DNA of 64,000 nucleotides from Reyranella sp. (GCA_044225265.1 JBGAIW010000001.1:47872-111871), one strand, 5' to 3'; numbered from the stretch's first letter, positions 28,541-39,252 are shown. Notes: a model not told the origin generated them from the letters alone. A program made the numbers and translations.

Positions 28541-29221
28541 TCAGCCCGCGACGGCGCGCTTGATCAAGGGCAGTGCGGCGTGAAGGTCCGGCAGCACCGC
28601 AACGCATTTGGCCTCGGCCTCCGGAGTCGGCCGCAGGATGTCGGGCACGATGAAGGCTTTCATGCCGGCGGCATGCGCGGCGGCGAGGCCGATGCTCGAA
28701 TCCTCGAAGGCGACGCAGCGCTGCGGTGCGACGCCGAGGCGGCGCGCGGCCTCGAGATAGACGTCGGGTGCGGGCTTGGGCAGCGCCACGTCATCGCGGC
28801 CGGCATAGGTCGTGAAGCGGGGCAGCAGGCCCGCCTTGCCGAGATGGTTCTCGATGGTGGCGCGCTGGGCGGAGCTCGCGACGGCGCGCGGCAGATCTCG
28901 GCCGGCCAGAAAGTCGAGCAATTCCACGACGCCCGGCTTGATCGGGACGCGCTCGTCCATCGACTGGCGGACATGCGCCGAGACATGGACCCGGAATTCC
29001 TTGAGGTCGAAGTCCGCGCCGTACAGCTCCTGGATCATCAGGTTGCACTCGTGGCCTGGCACGCCGACCATCGAATGGCAGAAATCGAGCGACATCTTGC
29101 GGCCGACGGCGCGCGCGGCGGTCTGCATGGCGCGGAGGTAGATCGCCTCCGAATCGATCAGCAGACCGTCCATGTCGAAAATGACGGCCTCGATGGGTCC
29201 GCTCAGGGGTCCATTGGGCAT
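28541..29221 (-). CDS. HAD-superfamily phosphatase (CbbY/beta-PGM-like)
   Basis: FDMDGLLIDSE, ASS, KPAPD, FEDS. Confidence 0.9.
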   Translation of the reverse strand: MPNGPLSGPIEAVIFDMDGLLIDSEAIYLRAMQTAARAVGRKMSLDFCHSMVGVPGHECNLMIQELYGADFDLKEFRVHVSAHVRQSMDERVPIKPGVVELLDFLAGRDLPRAVASSAQRATIENHLGKAGLLPRFTTYAGRDDVALPKPAPDVYLEAARRLGVAPQRCVAFEDSSIGLAAAHAAGMKAFIVPDILRPTPEAEAKCVAVLPDLHAALPLIKRAVAG

Positions 29222-29270
29222 GGTTTCGTTCTAAGCTCGGGGCGGCAAAACGCCAAGCGGGGGAAAATTC

Positions 29271-29621
29271 ATGCGGATCCATAATCTTTATGTCGACGCC
29301 CAGGGCGAGACCCATTTCCGCGACATCGAGGTCAAGTGGACCAAGGAAGGCCCGGGCGGAAAGATGTCGGACACGCTGAAGGCTACCGGCATCATCTTTC
29401 GCCAGACGCCGGGCAGCTACGACTACGCCTGGCATCCCGCGCCGCGGCGCCAGTACATCATCAATCTCGACGGCGGCGTCGAGATCACCGCCAGCGACGG
29501 CGAGAAGCGCGTGATCGGCGCCGGCGAAGTGCTGCTGGTCAAGGACACGCACGGCAAGGGCCACATGTCCAAGGCGATCGCCGGCAAGATGCGCCATTCG
29601 ATCTTCGTTCCCATTGAATAA
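29271..29621 (+). CDS. Small cupin-like protein
   Basis: GETHF, WHPAPRRQY, SDGE, DTHGKGH. Confidence 0.75.
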   Translation: MRIHNLYVDAQGETHFRDIEVKWTKEGPGGKMSDTLKATGIIFRQTPGSYDYAWHPAPRRQYIINLDGGVEITASDGEKRVIGAGEVLLVKDTHGKGHMSKAIAGKMRHSIFVPIE

Positions 29622-29643
29622 CGCGTAACGACAGGAGTCCCCG

Positions 29644-30927
29644 ATGAGTACGACGACCACCCAGCCGATCGACAGCCTCGTCGCCGAGGCGAAGAAGGTC
29701 CTGCCCGGCGGCAGCTTCGGCAACATGCCGGCCGAGGTGATCCTGGCGGCCGGCAAGGGCGGTCACATCTGGGACGAGAACGGCCGCGAATACATCGACT
29801 ACCTGTTGGGCTCGGGGCCGATGTTCATCGGCCATGCCCATCCCGAGGTGACGAAGGCCGTGCAGACGCAGGTCGAGACGGGCTCGACCTTCTTCGGCAA
29901 CAACAGGCACGGCATCGCGCTCGCCCAGGCCATCGTCGATGCGGTGCCCTGCGCCGAGCAGGTCCGCTTCGTCTGCACCGGCACCGAGGCCGACCTCTAC
30001 GCGATGCGTGCGGTCCGGGCTTTTCGCAAGCGCGACAAAATATTGAAGTTCGAGGGCGGCTATCACGGCATGAGTGACTGGGCGCTGATGTCGATGGCGC
30101 CGAAGAATCCCGGCAACTTCCCGCGCGCCATCCCCGACTCGGCCGGCATTCCCAAGAGCGTCGCCGACGAGATGCTGATCGCGGCGTTCAACGACGTCGA
30201 CATGGTCGAGAGCCTGATCAGGGAGCACAAGGACGAGCTCGCCGGCGTGATCGTCGAGCCGTTCCAGCGCCTGCTGCCGCCGGCGCCGGGCTTCCTGCAG
30301 GCGCTGCGCCGGATCACCGCCGAGCACGGCATCCCGCTGATCTTCGACGAGGTCGTGACCGGCTTCCGCTTCGCCTATGGCGGCGCGCAGGAGTACTACG
30401 GCGTCACGCCCGATCTCTGCACGCTCGGCAAGATCGTGGGCGGCGGCTATGCGCTCGCCGCCATCGCCGGCCGCGCCGACATCATGCGCCACTTCGACAA
30501 GCTCGAGGTGCCGGAGGAAGACTTCCTGTTCCAGGTCGGCACGTTGTCGGGCAATCCGATCGCCGCCGTCGCGGGCCTCGCCACGCAGAATGTGCTGAAG
30601 CAGCCCGGCGCCTACGAACAGGTTTTCAGGACCGGCCGGACGCTGATGTCGGCATTATCGGAGATTCTGGGGAAAGCGGGCATCAAGGCCACGGTCGTCG
30701 GCGAGCCGCCTTTGTTCGACGTGCTCTTCACCGACCACAAGCTGAACGACTATCGCGACACGCTGAAGGGCGACAAGGCGATCGCGGCGCAGTTCAACAA
30801 GCTGCTGCGCGAGCGCGGCCTGATGAAGGGCGAGAGCAAGTACTATGTGAGCCTCGCCCATACCCAGGCCGACATCGACCACACGATCCGCGCGTGGACC
30901 GAAGCGGCGCAGGAACTGGCGCGGTAG
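29644..30927 (+). CDS. Class III aminotransferase, glutamate-1-semialdehyde aminomutase-like
   Basis: KFEGGYHG, LIFDEVVTGFR, TLGKIVGGG, GTLSGNP. Confidence 0.88.
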   Translation: MSTTTTQPIDSLVAEAKKVLPGGSFGNMPAEVILAAGKGGHIWDENGREYIDYLLGSGPMFIGHAHPEVTKAVQTQVETGSTFFGNNRHGIALAQAIVDAVPCAEQVRFVCTGTEADLYAMRAVRAFRKRDKILKFEGGYHGMSDWALMSMAPKNPGNFPRAIPDSAGIPKSVADEMLIAAFNDVDMVESLIREHKDELAGVIVEPFQRLLPPAPGFLQALRRITAEHGIPLIFDEVVTGFRFAYGGAQEYYGVTPDLCTLGKIVGGGYALAAIAGRADIMRHFDKLEVPEEDFLFQVGTLSGNPIAAVAGLATQNVLKQPGAYEQVFRTGRTLMSALSEILGKAGIKATVVGEPPLFDVLFTDHKLNDYRDTLKGDKAIAAQFNKLLRERGLMKGESKYYVSLAHTQADIDHTIRAWTEAAQELAR

Positions 30928-30936
30928 GCTGGTGCG

Positions 30937-31689
30937 CTAGGGCATCTCGACGCCGCGCTTCTTGAACAGCGGCTCGTAGCCCGGATCGGAGAAGGCGGAG
31001 ATCAGGCCGAGGGCGGCGTCGCGGTCGCGCGCGTTGTAGCCGACCGCGCCGGCATAGATCGTGTAGTTCTGCACCGGCGCCGGCAGGAGGCCGACATGCT
31101 GCACGCCCGGAACCTGCAGGATCTCGCTCCATTGCTGCAGGGCGATGTCGGCCTGGTTGGAGGCGACGCGCTGGGCGGCGAGGCCGCCGGTGACCAGCAC
31201 CGCCTTGGCGCGAATTTGCGGCAGGATGCCGAGTCGCTGGAACATCTGCTGCAGGTAGATGCCACTGGTGCCGCCCGAGGAGGGATTGATGTAGGCCACC
31301 GCCTTGGCGGCGAGCAGGGTCTTGCGCAGCGACTCGATGTTGGAGATGTCGGGCCGGGAGGATCCCAGCCGGGCCGCGACGCCGATGCCGACGCGGACCA
31401 GCGGCGTCACCGTGTCGTCCATGATCTTCTTCTCGCCGACCATCTTCTCGAGCGCATCGAGCGTCAGGACTACGACGTCGAACTGAGCGCCGTCGTTGAT
31501 CCGCCGCACCAATGCGCCCGCGGTATCGTTCTCCACGATCACCCGGTGGCCGCTTTCCTTCTCGAAGGCCGCGATGATGTCGGTCGCGATCGGCTTGAAG
31601 GCGCCAGTGGTCAGCAGCCGGATGTCGACAGCGTTCGCCGCGTGCGGCAGCACGAGTGCCGTGAGGAGGGCGACCAATGAGCGGATCAC
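30937..31689 (-). CDS. ModA-like substrate-binding protein
   Basis: Signal peptide, VGIGVA, PSSGGTSG, QNYTIYAGA; GTG 31689 overlaps upstream stop. Confidence 0.8.
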   Translation of the reverse strand: MIRSLVALLTALVLPHAANAVDIRLLTTGAFKPIATDIIAAFEKESGHRVIVENDTAGALVRRINDGAQFDVVVLTLDALEKMVGEKKIMDDTVTPLVRVGIGVAARLGSSRPDISNIESLRKTLLAAKAVAYINPSSGGTSGIYLQQMFQRLGILPQIRAKAVLVTGGLAAQRVASNQADIALQQWSEILQVPGVQHVGLLPAPVQNYTIYAGAVGYNARDRDAALGLISAFSDPGYEPLFKKRGVEMP

Positions 31690-32609
31690 GCCGGCGCTCC
31701 CATGATGTAGGGTTTGAGTGCCGTGAACAGGAAAGAATGTACCGGCGTCGGCACGCCGAGTCGCCTGCCAAGCTCGACCACCTTGCCGGAAAGCCATGGC
31801 AGCTCGATGCGGTTGCCGCGCATCAGGTCGACGGCCATCGAGGGCAGCAGCGTCGCGGGCGCAGCCCTGTTCCAGGCCAGCGTCCGATCGACCGCGTCGT
31901 CCGGAATCTCCACGCCGCGGGCGCGACCGACATCCATGGTCTCCTGGTAGCCGGCGCGCATCAGCGCCACGATGTCGGCATCATCGCGGATCTTGCCGAG
32001 CGGCTGGCGGATCAGCGCCATGGTGCCGGCATTGGTGGCCAGCAGGATGAACTTCATCCAGAGTTCGGTCAGGATCTGCTCGCTGTGAACGCCGTCAATG
32101 CCGGCCTTGGCGCACATCGCCGCGAAGGCCTCACCGCGCCCGCGCTTTCTGCCGTCGATCTCGCCGAAAGCCATCCGGAAGGCCATGCCTGTCTGGCGGA
32201 TTGTGCCGGGGGCCGCGATGGTGGCGGAGATGTTGGCGACGCCGCCCATTACCGCGTCCTTGCCGAGGATCGGCACGAGGCGCTCCGGCGCGTCAATGCC
32301 GTTCTGCAGCGGAATCACCGCCGTGTCCTCTCCGACCATCGGCTTGATGTGCCAGCCGGCGCTCTCGACGTCCCACAGTTTCACGCAGAACAGCACAACG
32401 TCGACCGGGCCGACGGACGCCGGATCGTCGGTCGCCTGCGTGGGCCTGAGGTGCGTGTCGCCGCGCGGGCTCTCGATCCTGAGGCCTTCCTTCCGCATCG
32501 CCGCCAGATGGGCTCCGCGGGCGATGAAGATCACGTCCGCGCCGGCATGGGCCAGCGCCGCGCCATAGCCCCCGCCGACGCCGCCCGCTCCGACTATCGC
32601 GATGCGCAT
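31686..32609 (-). CDS. panE: Ketopantoate reductase family
   Basis: GAGGVGG, VKLWD, PLQNGID, LWMKF, PSMAVD. Confidence 0.85.
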   Translation of the reverse strand: MRIAIVGAGGVGGGYGAALAHAGADVIFIARGAHLAAMRKEGLRIESPRGDTHLRPTQATDDPASVGPVDVVLFCVKLWDVESAGWHIKPMVGEDTAVIPLQNGIDAPERLVPILGKDAVMGGVANISATIAAPGTIRQTGMAFRMAFGEIDGRKRGRGEAFAAMCAKAGIDGVHSEQILTELWMKFILLATNAGTMALIRQPLGKIRDDADIVALMRAGYQETMDVGRARGVEIPDDAVDRTLAWNRAAPATLLPSMAVDLMRGNRIELPWLSGKVVELGRRLGVPTPVHSFLFTALKPYIMGAPA

Positions 32610-33145
32610 GATACGCTCCCCAGCAGGATCGTGCCCGCCTTGACCGCGACCATGGTCGGGCGCCCGGCATCGAGGCGCAAGCAATGATCGGCCTTCAGAT
32701 CGTGCCGGGCGCCGTCGACCTCGACCGAGGCCGCGCCCTCCGGGCAATAGATGAAGTGCGTGCCCTTGCCGGGCGACGCGCTGTCGCCGGCGCGCCGCAC
32801 GACGAGGTCGATCGCGACGATGTCGCGCCGGCCGATCAGGTTCACGACCTCGACCGGCCCGGCTTCGAGGCGGCTCACGATCCTGGTCTCGCCGCCGAAG
32901 CGCACCGGGCTCATCTTCCGGCGGACGTCGATCTCGCCGTCCGGCGTCTTCAGCACCAGGCCGCCGCCTTCGACCAGCACCTGCATTCGGTCGTAGCCGG
33001 AGTAGTCGGAGAAGGGACCGCCTTGCGTGATCGGCGTGCGGCCGAACTGCCAGACGCCGTCCTGTTCGGCGATCGTCGTGGTCGTGCCGCCGCCGTTCTT
33101 CCACGGCGTGCGCTTGTAGCCGGCGGGCGTGAGAAGCGTGACCAC
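32594..33145 (-). CDS. HutD/Ves family protein
   Basis: PWKNGGGTT, GPFSDY. Confidence 0.85.
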   Translation of the reverse strand: MVTLLTPAGYKRTPWKNGGGTTTTIAEQDGVWQFGRTPITQGGPFSDYSGYDRMQVLVEGGGLVLKTPDGEIDVRRKMSPVRFGGETRIVSRLEAGPVEVVNLIGRRDIVAIDLVVRRAGDSASPGKGTHFIYCPEGAASVEVDGARHDLKADHCLRLDAGRPTMVAVKAGTILLGSVSCASR

Positions 33146-34159
33146 TTAGGCGAGCTTCACGAGCATCTTGCCGAAATTCTCGCCGCGCAGCAGGCCGATG
33201 AAGGCGCGCGGCGCCTTGTCGATGCCGTTCACGACGTCCTCGCGGTACTTGAGCCGGCCGCTCTTGATCCACTCGCCCATCTGCTTCAGCGCGGGCTCGT
33301 ACTTGCCGGCGAAGTCGGTGACGATGAAGCCCTGGGCGCGCACCCTCTTGCCGACGAAGGTGCCGAGCAGGCGCGGGCCCATCGGCGGGGTGGTGGCGTT
33401 GTATTGCGAGATCGAGCCGCACAGCGCCACCCGGCCGAAGAAGTTGATGTTGCGCAGGACCGCGTCGGAGATCTCGCCGCCGACATTGTCGAAATAGACG
33501 TCGATGCCCTTGGGGCAGACCGCCCGCAGCGCCGTGTCGAGATCGTTGCCGGCCTTGTAATCGACGCAGGCATCGAAGCCGAGTTCGTCCTTCACGAAGG
33601 CGCACTTCTTCGCGCCGCCTGCGATGCCGACGACTCGGCAGCCCATGATCTTGCCGATCTGGCCGACCACCTGGCCGACCGCGCCGGACGCCGCGGAGAC
33701 CACGATGGTTTCGCCGGGCCTGGGCTGGCCGACATCGAGCAGGCCGAAATAGGCGGTCATGCCTGGCATGCCGAGAACGCCGTTGGCGGTCGAGATCGGC
33801 GCCAGCGAGGGGTCGACCTTGCGCAGGGTCGGCCCGCCGCCGATCGCGTATTCCTGCCAGCCGAGGCGGTCCTCGACGATGTCGCCGACCTTGAAGTTGG
33901 CATTCTGCGAAGCGGCGACCTCGCCCACGATGCCGCCGGTCATGACCTCGCCGATGCCGACCGCGGCGGCATAGGATGCCGCGTCGCGCATGCGGCCGCG
34001 CTGATAGGGATCGAGCGAGAGGTAGAGGCCCTTCACCAGCACTTCGCCATGGCGCGGCTGCGGCACCGGCACTTCCTCGATCCGGAAGTCGGACTCCGCC
34101 GGTTCGCCGGGCGGGCGGCGGACGAGAACGACGCGGCGATGGGTACTGGGAACAGCCAT
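33146..34159 (-). CDS. NADP-dependent oxidoreductase (prostaglandin reductase/CurA-like)
   Basis: LSLDPY, GMPGMTAYFGL, SAASGAVG, YFDNVGG, CGSISQYN. Confidence 0.9.
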   Translation of the reverse strand: MAVPSTHRRVVLVRRPPGEPAESDFRIEEVPVPQPRHGEVLVKGLYLSLDPYQRGRMRDAASYAAAVGIGEVMTGGIVGEVAASQNANFKVGDIVEDRLGWQEYAIGGGPTLRKVDPSLAPISTANGVLGMPGMTAYFGLLDVGQPRPGETIVVSAASGAVGQVVGQIGKIMGCRVVGIAGGAKKCAFVKDELGFDACVDYKAGNDLDTALRAVCPKGIDVYFDNVGGEISDAVLRNINFFGRVALCGSISQYNATTPPMGPRLLGTFVGKRVRAQGFIVTDFAGKYEPALKQMGEWIKSGRLKYREDVVNGIDKAPRAFIGLLRGENFGKMLVKLA

Positions 34160-34190
34160 GAGTCACTCCTCTTTCGCGCTATAGTAGGCC

Positions 34191-35327
34191 ATGTCCAAAA
34201 TTGCGCGACTCTCCTTCATCGGCCTCGAATATGCGTTCGCTCCGCAAAAGGCCTATGGCATGTCGCGCGGCGGCGGCAACCGCCGGCAGGGCGGGCTGGT
34301 CGAGGTCGAGACCGACCAGGGGGTGAAGGGCATCGGCGAGGCGTTCGGAAATCCCCACGTCACACGGGAGTATTTCCGCATGATCGAGCCGATGTTCGTC
34401 GGCCGCAGCGTGTTCGACTTCGAGCATGTCGAAGCCCGCATCCGCAATTCGATGTATCACCTGGGCGTCGGCAACCAGCTCACCTCGGCGCTGGCGGCGA
34501 TCAACGTGGCGCTGTTCGACGCCATCGCGCGCGGCTTCGGCGTCCGCGTCTGCGACCTGGTCGGCGGCTGCGCACGCACCCGCTTCCCGGCCTACGCCTC
34601 GACCGGCTTCTTCTCCAGCGACCCCGACCGTCAGCTTTCGCACATGCTGGCGGAGGCGGCGTCCCATCCCTATGCCGGCGCCAAGATAAAGATCGGCCGC
34701 GGCATCAAGAGCGATGTCGAACGCGTGAAGCAGGCGCGCGAGGCGTTGGGCCCCGACAAGCTGCTGCTGGTGGACATCAACGGCGCCTACACGCCCGACG
34801 TCGCGCTGGAATGCGCCCGCGCGATCGAACCCTACGGCATCCACTGGATCGAGGAGCCGCTGCCGCCGGGCGACCTGCGTGGCTATGCCGAGCTCCGGGC
34901 GCGCTCGCCGATCCCGCTGGCTGCCGGCGAGGCGCACCACACGGTGCGCGACTTCAAGGCGCTGATCGACGGCCGCTGCGTCGACATCGTGCAGCCCTCG
35001 ATACCGGGCGTCGGCGGCCTGTCCGAGGCCAGACGCATCGCGACCCTGGCGCAGGCCTCGAACCTGCGGCTGGCGCCGCATGTCTGGGGCGGCGCGGTCG
35101 GGCTGGCGACCGCCTGTCACTTCATCGCCGCGCTGACCGACACGCCGCACACCGAGCATCCGCCGCACCCGCCGATGCTGGAATACGACATGAGCGACAA
35201 CGAGTTGCGCACCCGGCTGCTCAAGCAGCCGTTGAGGCTGGAGGCGGGCCATGTGCTGCTGCCGGAGGGGCCGGGCCTCGGCATCGAGCTCGATCCGGCC
35301 GCGGTCGAACGCTACAGGGTTTGCTAA
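34191..35327 (+). CDS. Mandelate racemase/muconate lactonizing enzyme family
   Basis: KIKIG, VDIN, WIEEP, AAGE, PHVW, GPGLG. Confidence 0.88.
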   Translation: MSKIARLSFIGLEYAFAPQKAYGMSRGGGNRRQGGLVEVETDQGVKGIGEAFGNPHVTREYFRMIEPMFVGRSVFDFEHVEARIRNSMYHLGVGNQLTSALAAINVALFDAIARGFGVRVCDLVGGCARTRFPAYASTGFFSSDPDRQLSHMLAEAASHPYAGAKIKIGRGIKSDVERVKQAREALGPDKLLLVDINGAYTPDVALECARAIEPYGIHWIEEPLPPGDLRGYAELRARSPIPLAAGEAHHTVRDFKALIDGRCVDIVQPSIPGVGGLSEARRIATLAQASNLRLAPHVWGGAVGLATACHFIAALTDTPHTEHPPHPPMLEYDMSDNELRTRLLKQPLRLEAGHVLLPEGPGLGIELDPAAVERYRVC

Positions 35328-35393
35328 AGCGGTGGGGCTCGTGCCAATCTTTCCGCCAACGGGGTGGAACGACCAGTTCAAGGGGGATCACGC

Positions 35394-36656
35394 ATGTTCA
35401 AGACCACACGCCGCCTGACGATGGCGGGCGCCGCTGCACTGGCGGCGGGCTTCACCGGACGTCGGGCGCTGGCCCAGGGTGCACCGGTCAAGATCGGCGT
35501 CATCTATCCGCTGAGCGGCAATTCCGCGACTGCGGGCAATTACTCCAAGATGGCGATCGAGGTCGGCGCTGACGTCATCAACAACGGCAATGCCGATCTG
35601 GCCAAGGTCATTCCGCTCGCCAAGGGCGGGGGCCTGCCGGGTCTGAAGGGCGCCAAGATCGAGCTGATCTTCGCCGATAACCAGGGCACGCCTGCGGCCG
35701 GCCAGAATCAGGCCCTGCGCCTGATAACCGAGGAAAAGGTCGCCGCCCTGATCGGCGCCTACCAGTCGGGCATCACGGTGACGGCGTCGGCGATCGCCGA
35801 ACGCCACGGCATTCCGTTCCTGACCGCCGAGTCGGTCGCGGCCAACCTCACCGAGCGCGGCTTTAAGTTCTTCTTCCGCACCACGCCGGTCGCCGGCGAC
35901 TTCGCGCGCGCATACTCGACGTTCCTCAAGGAGCAGAAGGCGGCGGGCCGCAAGGTCGGCTCGATCGCACTGGTGCACGAGAACACGGAATACGGCAATT
36001 CGGTCGCGGGCGTGATCGCCAGCCAATTCGAAAAGGACGGTCTGCCGATCACCCAGAAGATCTCGTACTCGGCCAACTCCTCCGACGTGCAGCCGCAGGT
36101 GCTGCAGCTCAAGGAGAAGAACCCCGACGTGCTGATCTTCATCTCCTATACGTCGGACGCGATCCTCTACACCAAGACGATGAAGGAGCTGAACTGGAAG
36201 CCGTCGATCATGATCGCCGACAATGCCGGCTTCAACGATCCGGCCTTCGTCAAGAATATGGCCAACCAGGTCGAGGGCGTGGTCAACCGCTCGGCCTTCT
36301 CGGCCGGCAAGCCGGGTTCGGTGCCGGCGCTGTTCAACGCGCTCTACAAGAAGAAGACCAACGGCGACGACCTCGACGACGTCTCGGTGCGCGGCCTGCA
36401 GGGCTTCCTGGTCATGGCCGACGCGATCAATCGCGCGGGCTCGACCGATCCGGTCAAGATCCGCGACGCGCTCAAGGCGACCAACCTGCCGGCCGAACAG
36501 ATGGTCGCGGGCTATGACGGCGTGAAGTTCGACGACAAGGGCCAGAACATCCTGGCGGCGTCGGTCGTCACGCAGATGCGCGGCGGCCAGTACGTCACGA
36601 TCGCGCCCAAGGCACGCGCCACCGCCGAGGTGATCCTGCCGTACAAGGGATGGTAG
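35394..36656 (+). CDS. Branched-chain amino acid-type ABC substrate-binding protein
   Basis: Tat-like leader, KIGVIYPLSG, GAYQS, ENTEYG. Confidence 0.88.
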   Translation: MFKTTRRLTMAGAAALAAGFTGRRALAQGAPVKIGVIYPLSGNSATAGNYSKMAIEVGADVINNGNADLAKVIPLAKGGGLPGLKGAKIELIFADNQGTPAAGQNQALRLITEEKVAALIGAYQSGITVTASAIAERHGIPFLTAESVAANLTERGFKFFFRTTPVAGDFARAYSTFLKEQKAAGRKVGSIALVHENTEYGNSVAGVIASQFEKDGLPITQKISYSANSSDVQPQVLQLKEKNPDVLIFISYTSDAILYTKTMKELNWKPSIMIADNAGFNDPAFVKNMANQVEGVVNRSAFSAGKPGSVPALFNALYKKKTNGDDLDDVSVRGLQGFLVMADAINRAGSTDPVKIRDALKATNLPAEQMVAGYDGVKFDDKGQNILAASVVTQMRGGQYVTIAPKARATAEVILPYKGW

Positions 36657-36714
36657 TGGCGGTTCACGGCAGCGGGCTGGCAAGCGCCCTTTCGAGTCCG
36701 GGCAAGAGCGGGGA

Positions 36715-37581
36715 GTGATGTCGATCACGCTGGCACAGGTGATCGTGAGCGGGCTGTTGCTCGGCGCGGTCTATGCCCTGTTCTCGTCCGGCCTCACCCT
36801 GATCTGGGGCATGATGAACGTCGTGAACTTCGCGCACGGCGACTTCGTCATGCTGGGCATGTACAGCGCCGTCATGGTCTGGACGGCGCTGGGCGGCGGC
36901 CCGTTCGCCGCCGTGCCGGTCGCGGCGATGATGATCGCGACGCTCGGCGTGCTGTCCTACTTCCTGCTGGTGCGCCACATCATGAAGGGGCCGATGCTGG
37001 CGCAGATCCTCGGCACCTTCGGGCTGGCGCTGTTCCTGCGCTACACGGCCTTCTGGTACTTCGGCGCCAACTTCAAGACCCTGCCCGATACCATCGTCGG
37101 CGGTTCGTTCACCCTGTTCGACATCCGCTTCGAGGGCAGCCGTGTGCTGGCCGGCGGCATGGGACTCGCCATCACCCTCGCCCTGCACCTGATCCTGACG
37201 CGCACGGCGATCGGCAGTCGCATGCTCGCGGTGTCGGAAGATGCCACCGCGGCCCAGCTGATGGGCATCCGGCCGCAACGCATGCAGGCGTTGGCCTGGG
37301 GCATGGCGGGCGCCGCCACCGGCATCGCGGGAGCGCTGATCGCCAACTTCTTCTACACGTCGCCGACCGTCGGCGAGACCCTCGCCATCATCGCCTTCGT
37401 CACGGTGTCGTTCGGCGGCTTCGGCAGCGTGCTGGGCGCGCTGGTCGCAGGCCTGATCATCGGTGTCGTCGAGTCGCTGTCGGCCTACCTGATCGGTCCG
37501 GTCTACAAGGACGTGATCGTCTACGTCCTGTTCGTGCTCGTGCTGTGGTTCCGCCCACAGGGCCTCATGGGCAAGGCTTGA
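36715..37581 (+). CDS. LivH-like permease
   Basis: GLTLIWG, NFAHG, GGFGS, RPQGLMG. Confidence 0.9.
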   Translation: MMSITLAQVIVSGLLLGAVYALFSSGLTLIWGMMNVVNFAHGDFVMLGMYSAVMVWTALGGGPFAAVPVAAMMIATLGVLSYFLLVRHIMKGPMLAQILGTFGLALFLRYTAFWYFGANFKTLPDTIVGGSFTLFDIRFEGSRVLAGGMGLAITLALHLILTRTAIGSRMLAVSEDATAAQLMGIRPQRMQALAWGMAGAATGIAGALIANFFYTSPTVGETLAIIAFVTVSFGGFGSVLGALVAGLIIGVVESLSAYLIGPVYKDVIVYVLFVLVLWFRPQGLMGKA

Positions 37582-37591
37582 GGGGCGCGCT

Positions 37592-38530
37592 GTGAAGCGG
37601 TGGTGGCTCCCGGGCGCGCTCGCCCTGTTGGTCCTGGCCTATCCCCTTCTGGTCGAGGGATCGGCGGTCTGGCAACGCCTCGGCGCGCTGGTGCTGCTGG
37701 CGGCGATCGGCGCCTCGGCCTGGAACATCGTCGGCGGCTATGCCGGCCAGGTCTCGGTCGGCCATGCGGTGTTCTTCGGCTTCGGGGCCTACGCGTCGGT
37801 CGTGGTCTACACCCATCTCGAATGGCCGCCGATCGCGGGCGCGCCGATCGGCATGGCGCTCAGCGTTGCAGTTGCGGCGATCATTGGCGTGCCGACCCTG
37901 CGGCTTTCCGGGCACTATTTCAGCATGGCGACCATCGCCGTCGCCGAGCTGGTGCGCGTGTTGGCCTCGACCAGCGAGTTCCTGGGCGGCGCGCAGGGCC
38001 TCACCGGTCCCGCCATGCCGCGCACGATGCTCGACCTGACCTTCATTTCGGCGGCTCCCTATCACTACATCTTCCTGGGCGTGCTGGCCTTCCTGCTCGG
38101 CCTGACATGGTGGATCGAGCGCAGCCGCATGGGTTTCTATCTGCGCGCCATCAAGGACAGCGAACGCGCGGCGCGCTCGCTGGGCGTCTCCGCCGGCAAG
38201 TACAAGCTCTACGCCTACATGCTGAGCGGCGCTTTCGCAGCGCTCGCGGGCTCGCTCTATCTCTGCATGTTCAACTTCGTCGACCCGAACTCGGGCTTCG
38301 ACATCCTGATCTCGGTCAAGATGGTGGTGATGGCCGCACTCGGCGGCGCCGGTCATCTGTTCGGACCGCTGGTCGGCGCCCTGATCCTGGTGCCGCTGGA
38401 AGAGCTGTCGAACTCCTATCTCGGCAGCAAGGGCGCGGGCCTCACCTTCATCGTCTACGGGGCGATCATCGTCATCATCGCCCGCTTCCTGCCGAGCGGC
38501 CTGCTGTCGCTGCTGGAGCGCCGCAAATGA
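37592..38530 (+). CDS. LivM-like permease
   Basis: GYAGQVSVGH, YFSMAT, GGAG. Confidence 0.9.
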   Translation: MKRWWLPGALALLVLAYPLLVEGSAVWQRLGALVLLAAIGASAWNIVGGYAGQVSVGHAVFFGFGAYASVVVYTHLEWPPIAGAPIGMALSVAVAAIIGVPTLRLSGHYFSMATIAVAELVRVLASTSEFLGGAQGLTGPAMPRTMLDLTFISAAPYHYIFLGVLAFLLGLTWWIERSRMGFYLRAIKDSERAARSLGVSAGKYKLYAYMLSGAFAALAGSLYLCMFNFVDPNSGFDILISVKMVVMAALGGAGHLFGPLVGALILVPLEELSNSYLGSKGAGLTFIVYGAIIVIIARFLPSGLLSLLERRK

Positions 38531-39252
38531 GCCTGATCGACGCCCGCAACGTCACCAAGGCCTTCGGCGGCTTCAAGGCGGTCGACGACGTCTCGGTGTC
38601 GGTCGAGGAGGGCGACATCCTCGGCCTGATCGGCCCCAACGGCGCCGGCAAGTCGACCTTCTTCAACTGCCTGACCGGAGACCTGCCGGTGACGACCGGG
38701 ACCGTGACCTTCGCCGGCCGGGACGTCACGCGCCTGCCGCCGGAGGCTCGCGCGACGCTCGGACTGGCGCGCACCTTCCAGGTGCCGCTCACCTTCGAAT
38801 CGATGTCGGTGCTCGACAATGCCACCATTGGCGCCCTGCTGCGTCATCCCAATGCCGCCGATGCGCGCGCCAAGGCGCGCGACGTGCTGCAGCGTGTGGG
38901 CCTCGGCGCCGTCGTCGATGCGCCGGCCCGCAGCCTCGGCACGCCGGGCCGCAAGCGGCTGGAGATCGCCCGCGCCCTTGCCTCCGAACCCAAGGCGCTG
39001 CTGCTCGACGAGGCGATGGCCGGACTGACGCCGACCGAAGTGCGCGATGCCATCGATCTGGTGCGCCGCATCCACGGCGGCGGCATCACCATCGTGATCG
39101 TCGAGCACATCATGGAAGTGATCGTGTCGCTGGCGAAGCGGGTGGTGGTGTTCCACCAGGGTCGCGAGATCTCGCGTGGCACGCCGCGCGAGGTGACCAG
39201 CGATCCGAGGGTCATCGAGGCCTATCTCGGCCGCCGCAAGGTGCACCACTGA
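38527..39252 (+). CDS. LivG-like ABC ATPase
   Basis: GPNGAGKST, RTFQ, LLDE, VIEAYLG. Confidence 0.9.
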   Translation: MSLIDARNVTKAFGGFKAVDDVSVSVEEGDILGLIGPNGAGKSTFFNCLTGDLPVTTGTVTFAGRDVTRLPPEARATLGLARTFQVPLTFESMSVLDNATIGALLRHPNAADARAKARDVLQRVGLGAVVDAPARSLGTPGRKRLEIARALASEPKALLLDEAMAGLTPTEVRDAIDLVRRIHGGGITIVIVEHIMEVIVSLAKRVVVFHQGREISRGTPREVTSDPRVIEAYLGRRKVHH

